Shown here: positions 26,470 to 39,032 of the stretch, in pieces
How the letters are laid out: every line of letters starts with the position of its first letter
Numbering within the stretch: the first letter of the stretch is position 1
Origin: Tubulanus polymorphus
Taxonomy: Eukaryota > Animalia > Nemertea
Direction of reading: 5' to 3'
DNA length: 64,000 nt
Assembly: GCF_964204645.1 (NCBI RefSeq)
Contig: NC_134028.1
Coordinates: 13,253,263 to 13,317,262 of the forward strand
Program-made: the position numbers and the translations under genes
The notes under the pieces: model-generated
Told to the model about the DNA's origin: nothing
Database searches by the model: none
What the model saw: only the letters and a program-made list of their open reading frames with translations

Positions 26470-27321
26470 TACGGAAGTACGGAAGCGATAAGGGGCCTCG
26501 AGTTGTCGCGTTCCAACTCGACAAAGTCGCCATATTTATGTCGACATATCGCGATATATCGCTTCAAGTCGACATGAAGATGTCGACATATTGTGACGTT
26601 TTGACGACATATTTCGTTTTCTCAACCATTTTCCTCGCAACAATTCGACATATTCATGACGACTTGAAACTCAGTCGTACGGAAGCGATAAAGGGCCTCG
26701 AGATGTCGCGTTCCAACTCGACAAGTCGCCATATTCATGTTGACATACCGCGATATATCGCGTCAATTCGACATCAATATGTCGACATATCGTAATGTTT
26801 TGACGACATATTTCGTTCTCACGACCATTTTCCTCGCGACAAGTCGACATATTCATGACGACTTGAAACTCAGTCGTCATATCACTGGCGTCCTCATCTT
26901 ACATTTAGACATGTCTTCAAATGACGGCTTGTCCTGTGGAAAATGGGCAAAAAAGCGAAATTTGTCGTGAAAATGTCACGATATGTCGCCATATTCATGT
27001 CGACTTGACGCGATATATCGACATAAATATGGTGACTTGTCGAATTTGAACGCGACAACTCGAGGCCCTTTATCACTTCAGTACAGTCGCCATATTACTG
27101 GCGTCCTCATCTTACATTTCAACGTGTCTTCAAATGACGGCTTGCCCCGTGGAAAATGGGCGAGAAAGTGAAATTTGTCGTGAAAACGTCACGATATGTC
27201 GACATATTCATGTCGACTTGATGCGATATATCGCGATATATCGACATAAATATAGTGACTTGTCGAGTTGGAACGCGACAACTCGAGGCCCTTTATCGCT
27301 TTTGACATATAAGCTTCCGTA
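26470..27321. mobile_element. Palindromic TACGGAAGCG-terminus MITE with a second copy nested inside
   Basis: Inner copy ~26678-27082 is flanked by duplicated cagtcg. Other copies at ~60830-60997 (half) and 61095-61510. Confidence 0.75.
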
Positions 27322-27524
27322 CATCTTTCGAAAAAGAAATAATATGTGATCTTTCATTAAGTAGGATCACTTGAATGATCGCTTTAATATCACTTTAAAA
27401 AAAAAAAGAATCTGCCAAAATGACCTTAATATTCGACACTATATCAGATTAATCGACTTCAAAATAGGCGAAAGCATAAGTCTTTATTGCGTTATTAATT
27501 GGCCTAATAATTCAAAAGCTAATA

Positions 27525-28235
27525 AAGTGGGCGACAAAACCAAAAAAATGAATTGTCGCGGGCGATAAAACCAAAATAATCAATTGTCGCGGGCGATAAA
27601 CAAAAATAATCAATTGTCGCTGGCGATAAAACCAAAGTATTGAATTGTTGCGGGCGACAAAACCAAAAAAATGAATTGTCGCAGGCGATAAAACCAAAAT
27701 CTTGAATTGTTGCGGGCGACAAAACCAAAATATTGAATTGTCGCGGGCGACAAAACCAAACTAATGAATTGTCGCGGGCGATAAAACCAAAATAATGAAT
27801 TGTCGCGGGCGATAAAACCAAAATAATGAATTGTCGCTGGAGATAAAACCAAAGTAATGAATTGTCGCAGGCGACAAAACCAAAATATTGAATTGTCGCG
27901 GGCGACAAAACCAAACTAATGAATTGTCGCGGGCGATAAAACCAAAATAATGAATTGTCGCGGGCGATAAAACCAAAATAATGAATCGTCGCTGGCGATA
28001 AAACCAAAATATTGAATTGTCGCAGGCGATAAAACCGCGACAAAAAAAAAATTGTCGCGGGCGATAAAACCAAAATAATGAATTGTCGCGGGCGACAAAA
28101 TCAAAATATTGATTTGTCGCGGGTGACAATACCAAATTAATGAATTGTCGCGGGCGATAAAACCAAAATAATGAATTGTCGCGGGCGATAAAACCAAAAT
28201 AATGAATTGTCGCGGGCGACAAAACCAAAATTATT
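27525..28235. repeat. 31-bp satellite array
   Basis: Consensus AAAACCAAAATAATGAATTGTCGCGGGCGA(T/C). Confidence 0.95.
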
Positions 28236-29117
28236 GTTTTGTCGCGTTATTTTAGTTTTGTCGCTTTGTCATAATGTCGCCCTCATTTGCATATCGGCCT
28301 ACGTGTTTTTTTTACGCATGGCCCTTATCAGCCACCATACTAAAGCCTTAAGGTCGTGTAAAACTCGATAAACACTTCAAGCGACACAGCGAACGATCTC
28401 CCTTCCCCCACAGCGAACGCTTAACCTAGTAGAGGCTACTAACCTATGTATATGCGTAGGCCTAACATCCGGACAGATTGGTGGTAGGCCTAATGAATAA
28501 CAACCCACCTAAATATCGTAAATTTTGTTTTGATGTTCAATCCAATGAGTCCGTTAATAAACGCAACAATTATACTGCGTTTGTTTGAGACAGTAAAGCT
28601 CAGTACCGGTAGGCCTAAAGCCGCGTCAAACTCGATAAACACTTTAAGCGACACAGCGAACGATCCCCTTTCCCCCACAGCGAACGCTTACTCCGAATGT
28701 CAAGTGTTAGTCCAGCATACGGATAGGATTGTGTTATATACTTGTATTTAGTAAATACCTTGTGCATTTGACAATGATCCATATGTACTGTAGGAAATAT
28801 AGAGTATTGATGGAATTGATAGAGGTTGAAGCCCGCGGCCGAATAAAGTAATATATTCTTTTATTTTGATACCTCGTTGACATAACAGCTTTTCTCCGCT
28901 ATATCTCTTCGGCGTGTTTCGTTTAGGCCTACGACTCCCCGGTACACTTATCATTTATCTTAGTAAATACACGGTTAATTTGATAAAGAAAAATAGATAT
29001 TGCTAAACTAACTGCTTGACGCCCGCAGCCAAATCACTGGTAGTAATAAATTAATTTGTACTCGATTTGATTCTCATGATGATGTGAAACTCGCAGCTAA
29101 TCCCCGGAATGACGATG

Positions 29118-29556
29118 GGGTCATCCTTATTACCGAGATGACGTATTTTACTGAGATGAACCGAGACGAACTGAGATGAAATGAAATATAGCATATTTAT
29201 TTATTCCTTATCGATTTTAACCCTTGAAATCATGTTATATCAGTAATAAATACCTTCTAGAGTCATATTTTACATATTTTTTTTTCTAAAAAAATTTTGA
29301 CTTCAAATATGTAAACTGGGTTAGCAATAAAATTTCATTGAATTTGATTGATCGACGATCTCATCTCGGTAAAGTTAAGTTTTTTTCTACAAACATATCC
29401 GACAAAATATGTAAAATATGACTCCAGCAGGCATTTATTACTGATATGATATGATGTCAATTGTTAAAATCGATAAGGAATAAATAAATATATTATATTT
29501 CATTTCATCTCGGTTGATCTCGGTAAAATACGTCATCTCGGTAATAAGGATGACCG
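29118..29556. mobile_element. Intact MITE with ~160-bp TIRs and 8-bp TSD
   Basis: tgacgatg|gggtcatccttattaccgagatg ... catctcggtaataaggatgaccg|tgacgatg. Absent from paralogous HINE-A copies. Confidence 0.85.
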
Positions 29557-29987
29557 TGACGATGTTTACGGCTCGACAGTGCTTTTAAAATCTAAAGTAG
29601 TAAATTTCCTGTATATCGGTAATACGATTTGATGAGGAAAATGGGCTATTGTTAAAATTAGTTTTTAAAAACCGCAACAGAATGTGCAATCTTTGGGTAA
29701 TAAATTTGTTAATTTATGCTTGAATTGATAATTGATGTGACAAGAAACGTGCGGTAGATTTCGGAAAGAGGACTTAGAAAAACATGTCGGCTCTTTGAAT
29801 GGGGCTCAATTTTCGATGTTTACGGCCCGACAGTGCTTTTGTAACGATGATTCTTCAAAATACGCACGGGGTATTTGTAGATCGAAGTGAGCTGAATGAT
29901 ATCAGACGGATTGTATCGACAACAGCGGCAAGGTAACAAAGCCTTTGTCCTTTTAGTAAAAATAGTGTGGAAGAAAATAATAGGCCT

Positions 29988-32900
29988 AACAAGAGCCCCA
30001 AGGGGCACAATGGCCAGCCTGTCAGATTTGCTTTTTATAAATGATGTAATCTGTGGGTTATATTTATCAATATACACTCCCTGCTCAATATCATTTACAT
30101 AGTAAAATCGTGTGTTAACACAGACAGCAGGAACGAATGTAATATAGAAATACTAAATTATTGTATTGTTCAACGCCCCCTGGTGGCCATAAAAAAAAAC
30201 CAATGAGCTTGAAACTCACCTCGATCATAGAACATGTCATGAGCTACAACTTTCCAATTGATTAGAGTAGCAAAATATGCTTAAGTATCAATTATGATGT
30301 GGAAAAACTTTTTTTCCACCTACGAATGAGTACTGATGGCCCCAAGATGGCCGCCAAGTGCGTCATAATTGCCTGGTCAAAAATACCCTCTCGGATATAA
30401 AAGATCCCTTTCCAAAGAATACCCATTACAAATTGCAATGAAACATGGCGCATCATTAGAAAGCTACAGTACTCAGAATTCAGGCCAGGCCAAAATTGAC
30501 ATTTTTGGGAACAAAAAAGATCACAGTACGGCCATCTTGAGTACGATCGACTCAATTTTTCTCATGCCGATGGGCCCTCGGGGGATACAAATATATACGA
30601 ATGATCAAGGTATTAAACATTTTTTGGCAGAATGAAATTTGATTGAATTTGCAATTCGGGCACATGGCTAATTAGCATATCAAGGTCATACACCCGATTT
30701 GGTAAAACCTTTTTTTCGCGAAACTTGCGCAATTGTCAAGGATGAATTTTCTGTAGAGCAAATAAAAATTCCTCCCAAACACCAAATCAACTAAAGATTT
30801 CATAGAAATCGATCTTGAAATACAATTTTAAATCTTAAAATAAAACCCGGAAGTAAAACAGTAGACGATACCGCGGATTCACGTGAACACCTGATTTCTG
30901 TAAACGAAATGTTGGTTGTGACAAAATTGTTCAGACGGTTTTAGGTGGTAATAAGTACGGAAACGTAACGACCATGGTCGACTTATTCGATGAAATCAGG
31001 ACTATGTGATATCCAAATTTTGACTTTTTTATTCTCCAGACCCTGATATAGAAATAAACAAGAAAATTAATTTTAGAAAATTATTTGACGCCTGCGAAAA
31101 AAATGTATAATTTCTGGGCTAAGCTAATGTGGAATTGCAAATTTGAAATCGAAGTTTTAAGAAATTTGGGGAATTATGAGATTTGGCGATTGGGTAGATG
31201 ATACAGCGGGTCTTCGACTCTCGGTAGTGGTTTAAATTTTTTTATTGAAAATTCTCAATAATTGATCGCGAACTTGCGACCGACTTCATTTACTTATGCC
31301 TCTAAGCTGGTCTGCAACTTTATTGCCTCCATGGTTGAAGAACGAGCTCTTCTGATGTCTGCTTCATCATGACTTCGAGCATATCGTGTGGCCTAGCCAG
31401 CCGGCCCGGGCCACGGGTTTGGCTGTCACTCGATATCCTAGAGTCTTGAGTCTGGGTGGGTTGAAGTAGACATTGTCATTTAAAATAACATGCTTATGTT
31501 GTTCTGTATGAATTACCCGTGTGTCATGTATGTTGTATTAATTTATTTTAAAATTTGTATTCATTGAATTTGGGAATTTTATCCCGAAATTTCAATGTAA
31601 TAAGGATCAATAAAGAATTGAATTGAATTGTCACCTAATACACATGCCATCAGAGGACGCGGAGCCGTATATGATAGCTATGCTATTATAAATTGCTAAT
31701 CTCAAGAAACCTGCATACTCCTAATATCAAACATATTTTCTAAAACTTTTGAATATTGAAATTATATGTTTACACATTTTCATATTGACCGCTTGTAGCC
31801 GCTGATGAAATTCACGCCGGCCCTACACACATCGTAGATAGCTTTGTCATTCCACCGGCATGCCCACGTCAGGGTCTGACTTTTATATCAGACTTCCAAA
31901 TCGTGTATACATCCGCCATTTAACCGAATAATCCGATTTACTTATCATTTCTATTTATGCCTGCCGCTTCTGATATAATCATACATCCTTTACTATTACA
32001 ATACGTCTTCTAATGATATTCAATGCAATATAACATTTCGACGTTCAAATATAGGTCATTATATAATCACAGGAAGCCATTCTACATCTATGTCAATAAT
32101 ATTTTGCCAGATAGCTTATTTGTGTACACATAGCCCTGTGACGTTTTGCACATCGATTTACGGCTGTCGTTTGTAAAATGACGCTGAATGGTTAACATTG
32201 TTTAGGTTTCATAATGGTAACGTTTTATAAGGCGTAAAAAATTTTTGGTGGTACGAAAGTGCAATCACAGCGCCGACGGGGACAGAGCCGTGTCAGAGAT
32301 CGGCGGAGTGAAAATTGAGGTGGACGAACACGAAGAAGTAGGCTATTGCGCTACTTGAATCACGAAAACTCCTGGCGCGGCCCCGACGCTTTTCGTTGAT
32401 TAAGTAATACAAATATCATGCAATGGGTTTTCACAATCTACCGCTGGTATTTACCGGACTTCAATATCACTCCAAAATTCAAAGAAACCTCGAAATATCG
32501 AACCGGAACACTTCCGGTAGATATCCGCGGCTGCCCAACCGGGAAACTTATTTGTTTCAATAGATATTGATAGGATCCATCATCTTCACCCGTCAAGGGA
32601 TTCGAACCCACTAAGCTAAAGCCATGCCAGAATCGGGTCGGGCCAATCACAGTGCTTGTAACAAACCACATTAGGCTTCTGTGGAATTTCCCAGTAAATG
32701 GGCCAATCAGCGAACACGTAGCGAACGCGGAAGTATTGTCGCGTGTTGATACATGACGTCATGCGCAAAAGCGCCAGTAATGAAATCGCGATAATTCACG
32801 TGAACAGCTGCTGATATTTTCAGATAAACCAATCACAGGGAAGACACAACTTCCTGATTGGCTAATAAAAATTGAAATTTTCCCGATTTAACTTTCGTGA

Positions 32901-33095
32901 AAAATGCAGAAAACATTTTTATGAGACCCTATTTCAAAATTCTGCTCGCTACGATTCCGAGAATGGATTACGCTAAAATACGTGATTTGTTCGAATATGC
33001 CCTCACTTGGCAAGCAAAAGAGCCTTTTGTGTGGAAACCATGTCATTTAAATTCGCTCCATTTGTATAGTAATAGGCTCAGCCTACGGCTGGCCT
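29988..33095 (+). mobile_element. HINE family B, complete copy inserted in the (AAT)n of HINE-A
   Basis: 5' aacaagagccccaaggggcac with subTIR ggccagcc (30012). 3' hairpin aggctcagcctacggctggcct contains the inverse ggctggcc. The HINE-A microsatellite resumes at 33096. Confidence 0.8.
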
Positions 33096-33416
33096 AATAA
33101 TAATAATCACGCGGATATCAATAGGGTTTTCTGTGAAATAACAGAAAACCCAAAATACGCTATAGGCCTATTTCATTTCATCTCGGTTCGTCTCGGTAAA
33201 ATACGTCATCTCGGTAATAAGGATGACCCCGATCATATGCTGAGTAAACTATCGCTCATAAACGAAAACAAAAACAACTTTAGGGAAAATCATTGTTTAA
33301 TTCTGAATGCAAATTCCTTACTGAACAAATTGATGCATAATAAAATAAAGGTAAATCAACAGTTTATTAACGAAATAACGGATCAAAACAACGTCGCACG
33401 AAGAGCAGGTGTGACA

Positions 33417-33940
33417 CCTCATATTGAAGAACTTTGCAAAAAGGCAAATCGAACGATTGGATTTCTGAAAAGGAATGTTAACATAAACTCGATACATGTG
33501 AAGGACACAGCTTACAGATCACTGGTTAGACCCATTGTAGAATATGCGAGCAGTGTCTGGGACCCATATCTCCAGACTGACATACACCGATTGGAGATGA
33601 TCCAACATCGAGCTGCAAGATATGTCACAAATCGTCACCACAATAGATCCAGTGTAACAGATATGTTGTCCCACCTACAATGGCAATCACTACAGGAAAG
33701 AAGAAGACAGGCCAGACTCACACTATTGTATAAACTCGCCAACGAACAAACTTTGGTTGATACGAGCACACGCCTGGTTCCACCTGTCCGTAAAACTAGA
33801 GAATCGCACTCGAAAGCTTTCCAAGTCAAGTTCTCCCGTACTGAAATCAAACGACAATCCTTCTATACCAGAACAGTTAGGGATTGGAACGCTCTACCTG
33901 CAGATACTGTGTCAGCAGAGAGTATCGAAGCCTTTAACAG
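33417..33940 (+). pseudogene. LINE (CR1/L2-group) ORF2 C-terminal fragment
   Basis: HIEELCKKANRTIGFLKRN...AYRSLVRPIVEYASSVWDPY...LEMIQHRAARYV...SFYTRTVRDWNALP. The N-terminal part of ORF 33237 is read-through from TIR sequence. Confidence 0.85.
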
Positions 33941-34615
33941 GTCGACTTGCATATGTATTTCTACGGGTATCCCGTAAATTTACGTGACATCCGGAAAATC
34001 CCGTTAATATACGTGACTACCTTCCGACTCTGTCTGACCAATTATATTTAGCCTCTCAAACATTTATGTTACGTTGTTCGTGATTGGATAAGGTTTAAAA
34101 AGGCTAGAAACAACTTATTCTTTGTTTCTCAATATTGATGTGTTAGTTACCACATAGATGGCGATCGCTACAACTGTTTGAAGTGACTCGCACAATTATT
34201 TTGCCTTGCCTTCCTTCAGTAAATAGAGCCGTGGTATTTTATCATTGCACGTGGGAAGCTGAATCTTTTCTAGGTTAAAGTAAACTTGTATACAATCAAT
34301 TTCACCGTGTACTACGAGATTCCTGCGTGGCGTTTGGGAGAAATTATTTTTCAAAAATGATGCCCCGTGTACGCTAGATTGTCTCATTCAGAGTGTTATA
34401 AATTATACTTACAGCAGGTATGTAAACCTATAAAAACATTCTTTTGGGTCAAGATATCACTGTTGAATATTATACGAGCGAATTAAATCATCATCGCGAC
34501 GATGTAAAAAAAGATGTTTAAAAAAATTCTTACAGCTTCAAAGCCTATCTCAGTTTCAAATTTTCTTGTTTTCAATGAAACGAAATGATTTATTATTTCT
34601 TTGTCTTCCAGTAAG

Positions 34616-37521
34616 ATGAGCTTCAAGGCTAAGTGTTCAGCAAATGACAGACACCAGGAGTGGGGCATAGAAGAAGGAGCAAATCTCATATTAATATCGA
34701 AAGTTTTTAATATCAGTCAAAGAAAGTTATTTCTGGAGTTCAGCAAACTACCCCCTAACCCTAAGAGGGAGTTGCGTTTTTGCAAAGGATGTATCGAACA
34801 TTTCAAATCGGCACGGCAAGATCGATTTTCTGAACCAAAAAGGGAGTGGAGTCAGGATGAACGTATAAATCAAAAGTTCGAGAAGGATTCCTGTACCGGT
34901 ACGCAATCGGATCCGGTGATTGTCATTCCAATGGTAGGAGAGTGTCCGGAGTTAGACTTCACAAATTTGGCAGAAGAAACTCTGAATAAAATTGCTGTAG
35001 CATTAGGTAGATCCTTGAAGCCCCATCTTCAAAATGATGTGGTTAAGTTAGCAGAACTCAAAGATTTTCAAACATTGAGTGAATTAGACAATAATAGTTA
35101 CTTGAGAAACTGCAATGGTACACTAGTTAAATTTTTATCTGGTATTATGCCGCAATCATCTATAGAGGACACGAGAAAGCAGTACATATTGAGCAAAACT
35201 GTTGAATCGGTAACAAACCTGAGTTATCCTGTTTATGTGATGCCCCTTCATTTAAGAGAAAGCATACTTTCTTTTTCATTTGGCGCTGGTTTTCTCTCCA
35301 TGAAAGTACTTTCGGCCAGTTCTCATGCATCTTACGACACAGTGAAAAAATGGTTTTCTGAACTTGGTCAGTTTCAAGATGAAATGAAATTTCAAGGAGA
35401 CATAGTATGCGCATTTGATAATAACCAAGTGTTGCAGCGGCGATGGAAAGTTATGTTGGAAAATAAGATGTTCTGCAACGTGGTTACAATTGTCGCTTTT
35501 TTTCAAATTAACAATACCGGCAAAGTTCAGTACACCGCTGCAGCAAAACCTGGATCCTGGATGTTCAGACCATTGGACATGGAAACTAGAGAATCTTTGA
35601 AATATATAGACTGTAAAGAAGATGTCAAGCAAATGCACTAGAGGTTTCTATATGAACACTGGACAGATATTTTATTAGATGTCGCAAGCGAACAAAGTTA
35701 TCTTGAATCTGGGGAGTTTAGAGATTCAATTGACAAGTTGATTGAATCTAAGATGAAGGAAGAGTTATACAAAATATGCTATTCTTGTCAGAAAGAGAAC
35801 ATTGATATTAAAAAGATCATTTGTCCAAACTGTCATAAAAACCTAAAAAGGTCGAAATTGGAACATTTTGGACTAGAGGAAACAACGTTTACTGAATCAA
35901 AATCGAAACAGAAACAGAAATCAATGAAACTTGTCAGGCTCTCAGCCAAAAGGAAAGCAGATGGAAGTTACATAATTGAAAAATCTCAAAAGGAAAGTTC
36001 CTATGAATCGAACATGCATGTTCATGTCAATGAAACCAGTGTTTCTGAACCGGTATTTGTAAACCCGTGTAGTTACGAGGCAGTTCGAAAAGTCTTAAAG
36101 GAAATTAGTAAAAAGGCAAAGATCGGAAAATACTCTGATTCTGACCAAAATGATACCCGAGAATGGATAACTATTTACTGTGATGGTTCGCCATATAACC
36201 TTGAAATCACTTATCGGAGTACCACGGACTTACCGATTCGAATTATTTCCGTCTACAGTACGAATGGGTAAATCTTTTACCGGGTCCCGGTCATATTGAA
36301 ATGAACATGGTGAAAGGACTATTCGATGTATGCTGGGATATCTTTCTTAAGGAACTGGCAATGGACATGAATTTTAAAAGTGAGAAAGCACTTATGTGTG
36401 CTCGTAAATGTAGTGATCACCACAAGAGCTGGTCACTTCTTTTGATAGCATATAATGCACTGGTTAGAGAGTTAGCTGTACCTTTTGTAAGAAAAGAACT
36501 CATCAAACCACATCCTGAAATAAGTGCAAGTGGATTTGAACAATTTTTACGGAAATCAGTCCGAAATGAAAATTACGCTTTAATTGCTGATGTGTTTCGA
36601 ATTAATTAGCTCCGTTTTGATGTACAGACATGGTATAAGAAACAACGATAGTCAGTTGGCTCTATGCGGTCTTAGCAAATATGCTAAGGTTTGGTGCGCA
36701 AGAAAGCACCCAATTTACAGGGAACTTGAAATTTCGTTTAACGTGGTGTTTCCTCGAATGCCGGAAATGGTACAAAGCCATGTTCGTCAGACATTCTCGA
36801 TTAATACTTCTGGCACACCAGGCACAAGCGAGGGTCCTGATTTTAAGCTGGAAGAAATAAACAGAACAATTCAAAACTGGCTACCAAAAGCCCCCGTTGG
36901 AAAAGACTGGCAGCAAGCATGCTGCCAGCACGATCGTATCGTTAGTTTTCAAAAAACGGTTCTAGAACAAATGGGTTGTTCCGATCCAAAAAATAGGGGA
37001 CTCCACATTCACCAGAGTCACAGTTTGGAAATAGAGAAGTTCAGGTGTCATATCCGGAGAGCGGAGTATCTCTCATGTCCCGGTAAAGCTGAACAAATCA
37101 AGTCGATAAGTGGAGTTGCACTTGACCGTGAATTAAAGAATTTCTGTTCCTTAGCTCGAGAAAAGAGAGCCAAATACTTTGACTCCTACATGAACTGTGA
37201 GGATACACGGAGATCAGCGAGATCCACAGTCCCATTTCTCGAAGCCCCCATTTTCATTACTTGCGAGGAAAGAGAAGAATATGAAAAATTGACAAACAAA
37301 ACGACAGAACAACTCAAGACAATTATAAAAGAAAAACTAGAAGCCATTTTTGATGATGATGTTAAAGAAGCCCTTAACGAATATTACCTAAAAGAGTTTG
37401 ATAAAAAGCCCCTAAATCACTATATATAAGTTTTTGTGAGGAAGTCGATGAATACTTGGACACAGAACAAAGTGAAATTCGAGGTTTCACATTGGACAAC
37501 GATGTTGATGATACGAACTAA
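34616..37521 (+). pseudogene. ~950-aa DDE transposase-like gene (Academ/DUF6589-like), disrupted
   Basis: ORFs join across one in-frame TAG (35639) and frameshifts near 36200-36260, 36590 and 37420. Motifs AFDNNQ, CYSC...CPNC, EPVFVNPCS, REWITIYCDGSPY, LPGPGHIEMNM, DHHKSW, GPDFKLEEIN. Confidence 0.65.
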
Positions 37522-37563
37522 TAAATGAACCTTTTAAAAGAAAAAAAATTTACCATCAACTGT

Positions 37564-37830
37564 TTAGTTCTGAATTACGTAGAATATAGGCCTACAGGTA
37601 TTTGATAGATCGCAAAAATAATCTTTCACGGCCACGTCTTCTGGTGAAAAGTTGACACATGGGTAATGTACCCAAATATCACAACCATCTCCAGAGCATC
37701 CAATCCATTGGTCATTCTCTTCTTCAACGTATGAGCCGTGGCAAATAAAACATCTATAACTCGTGATGGCCGGTTGTTCAGGTTTCTGTTGATGTTGACA
37801 GATATCGGAAGAAGAAGAAGACACTGACAC
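37564..37830 (-). CDS. PHD-finger exon, convergent with the transposase
   Basis: CFIC....EEENDQWIGCSGDGCDIWVHYPCV.........YFCDLS fits C4HC3 with the last Cys replaced by Ser. Candidate minus-strand GTAAG donors at ~37870 and ~37910; a possible GC-rich upstream exon at ~38100-38615. Confidence 0.7.
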   Translation of the reverse strand: MSVSSSSSDICQHQQKPEQPAITSYRCFICHGSYVEEENDQWIGCSGDGCDIWVHYPCVNFSPEDVAVKDYFCDLSNTCRPIFYVIQN

Positions 37831-39032
37831 TGACAGACAGTAGTCCCTATTCTTGACCCTTGAATCTTACCCTCATGTCATTAAATCCCTAGCCTCCGAT
37901 ATGAGCTTACCGTAAGTGTCTATAAAACGACAGCACAATCGACAGTACCAGAGAAGAAAGAGTACAGTTCCTGCTTGACACGAACTACTGGACACGTCAA
38001 ATATACAGCAAATGTACGATGTTGACGGAAAATTTCTTTCATGTGTGGAATTGAATTGAATTGAATTTTGTAGAGTTCAATGAAATTCATTTTATTATCA
38101 CATGTATGAAACTACTAGTACTAAAAGTAGTTGCGTCATTCTCATTTACCAGTGGTCCGGTATCAATCCCCAAACTAGCTTCCTCTGTGTAGGTTCTATC
38201 AACACGCATAGAACTGTCTACAGGCACTCGCCGATGGGCTTGGGATACTGTAACGGATTCCGTGGACACGGTAACCAAAATAGCTTCTCTGTAATATTTG
38301 GATTTCGCGGGGGACAAGCAACTCCTGCAGCTGTGCTTGTCCCGCCTCCACCCAACTTGGGCCTCACACGGCCCGGGTCCTCTCGGGGCGTCCCCTATCC
38401 CTTCGTGCCTCTTCACCGTTGGTGGGTACGTCCGGGTCCGCTCGTCCTCCTCTTGGAGGCGAGTAATTCAGCTGGAACCCTGCCGGCCAAAAATGTCGGT
38501 AGCGTGACTCCGGCCTCTCCTCAGCTGACCGGATTCCTCGTGCCCCAAATGTTAGACTAATTTGCTCTGACTCTCTTCCTCACTCCAAACGTCCACGACA
38601 ACTCAAAACGGCATTCTTAATTTAGAAATAGTTACTGTATGTACATTTATTTTGCAGACGAATTAAATCCGGCGTTGTACCTCGCGATAATTTCTAAATA
38701 TACATTATTATTATGTGATGACGGTCGTTCTACATCTTAACTATTTACACTAGGCTCCCGGACAACGTATCCGCGGGTTCCGGGGACAACCATGTCCGCC
38801 GGGGACAACGTCGTCCGTGGCCGGACAACAATACGCAATAGTAATAGCTCATAAAAAATGAAAAATAAATTCTCGCACGCTCGAATTTATTTTTTATTTT
38901 TTACTCACTCGCCCCTTCAACCTTTAACCTGAACCCCTATTATCCCTATTACTCTTAAAATATTCATATATATGAATAACATATAAATGAATAATTTCTA
39001 AAATCAATTTTAATAAAAAATTTGATATTAAA

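Larger units (their letters stand above)
25586..33152 (+). mobile_element. HINE family A, complete copy with nested insertions
   Basis: 5' aaatatagctgcaaagcagcgataacGGGTTTTCTG. 3' (AAT)n followed by hairpin gggttttctg-tgaaataa-cagaaaaccc. Inserted in an A/T run with no TSD, the Helentron/DINE-1-type architecture. Confidence 0.8.
25458..33230. mobile_element. GGTCATCC MITE split by HINE-A insertion
   Basis: Left arm 25458-25585 and right arm 33153-33230 match the intact copy at 29118-29556. Confidence 0.8.
22488..33415. mobile_element. Outer inverted-repeat element enclosing an ~11-kb nest
   Basis: Left arm gtcacacctgctctccgtgcg (continued at 23744-23825) is the reverse complement of 33305-33415. 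No clear TSD. Confidence 0.55.

Noticed and set aside
26193-26795. 200-aa ORF
   Set aside because: Reads through GTCGAC-rich repeats and MITE junctions; no domain signature.
32590-32630. tRNA-like B-box GGTTCGAATCC on the minus strand
   Set aside because: No cloverleaf or convincing A-box; at most a SINE remnant.
33237-33977. Intact 246-aa protein
   Set aside because: Chimeric frame of TIR sequence plus a LINE C-terminal fragment; no RT catalytic core.
34616-37830. ProtoRAG (RAG1L/RAG2L) transposon
   Set aside because: The layout is similar, but I see no RAG1 core motifs, no kelch repeats and no RSS-like CACAGTG/CACTATG termini.
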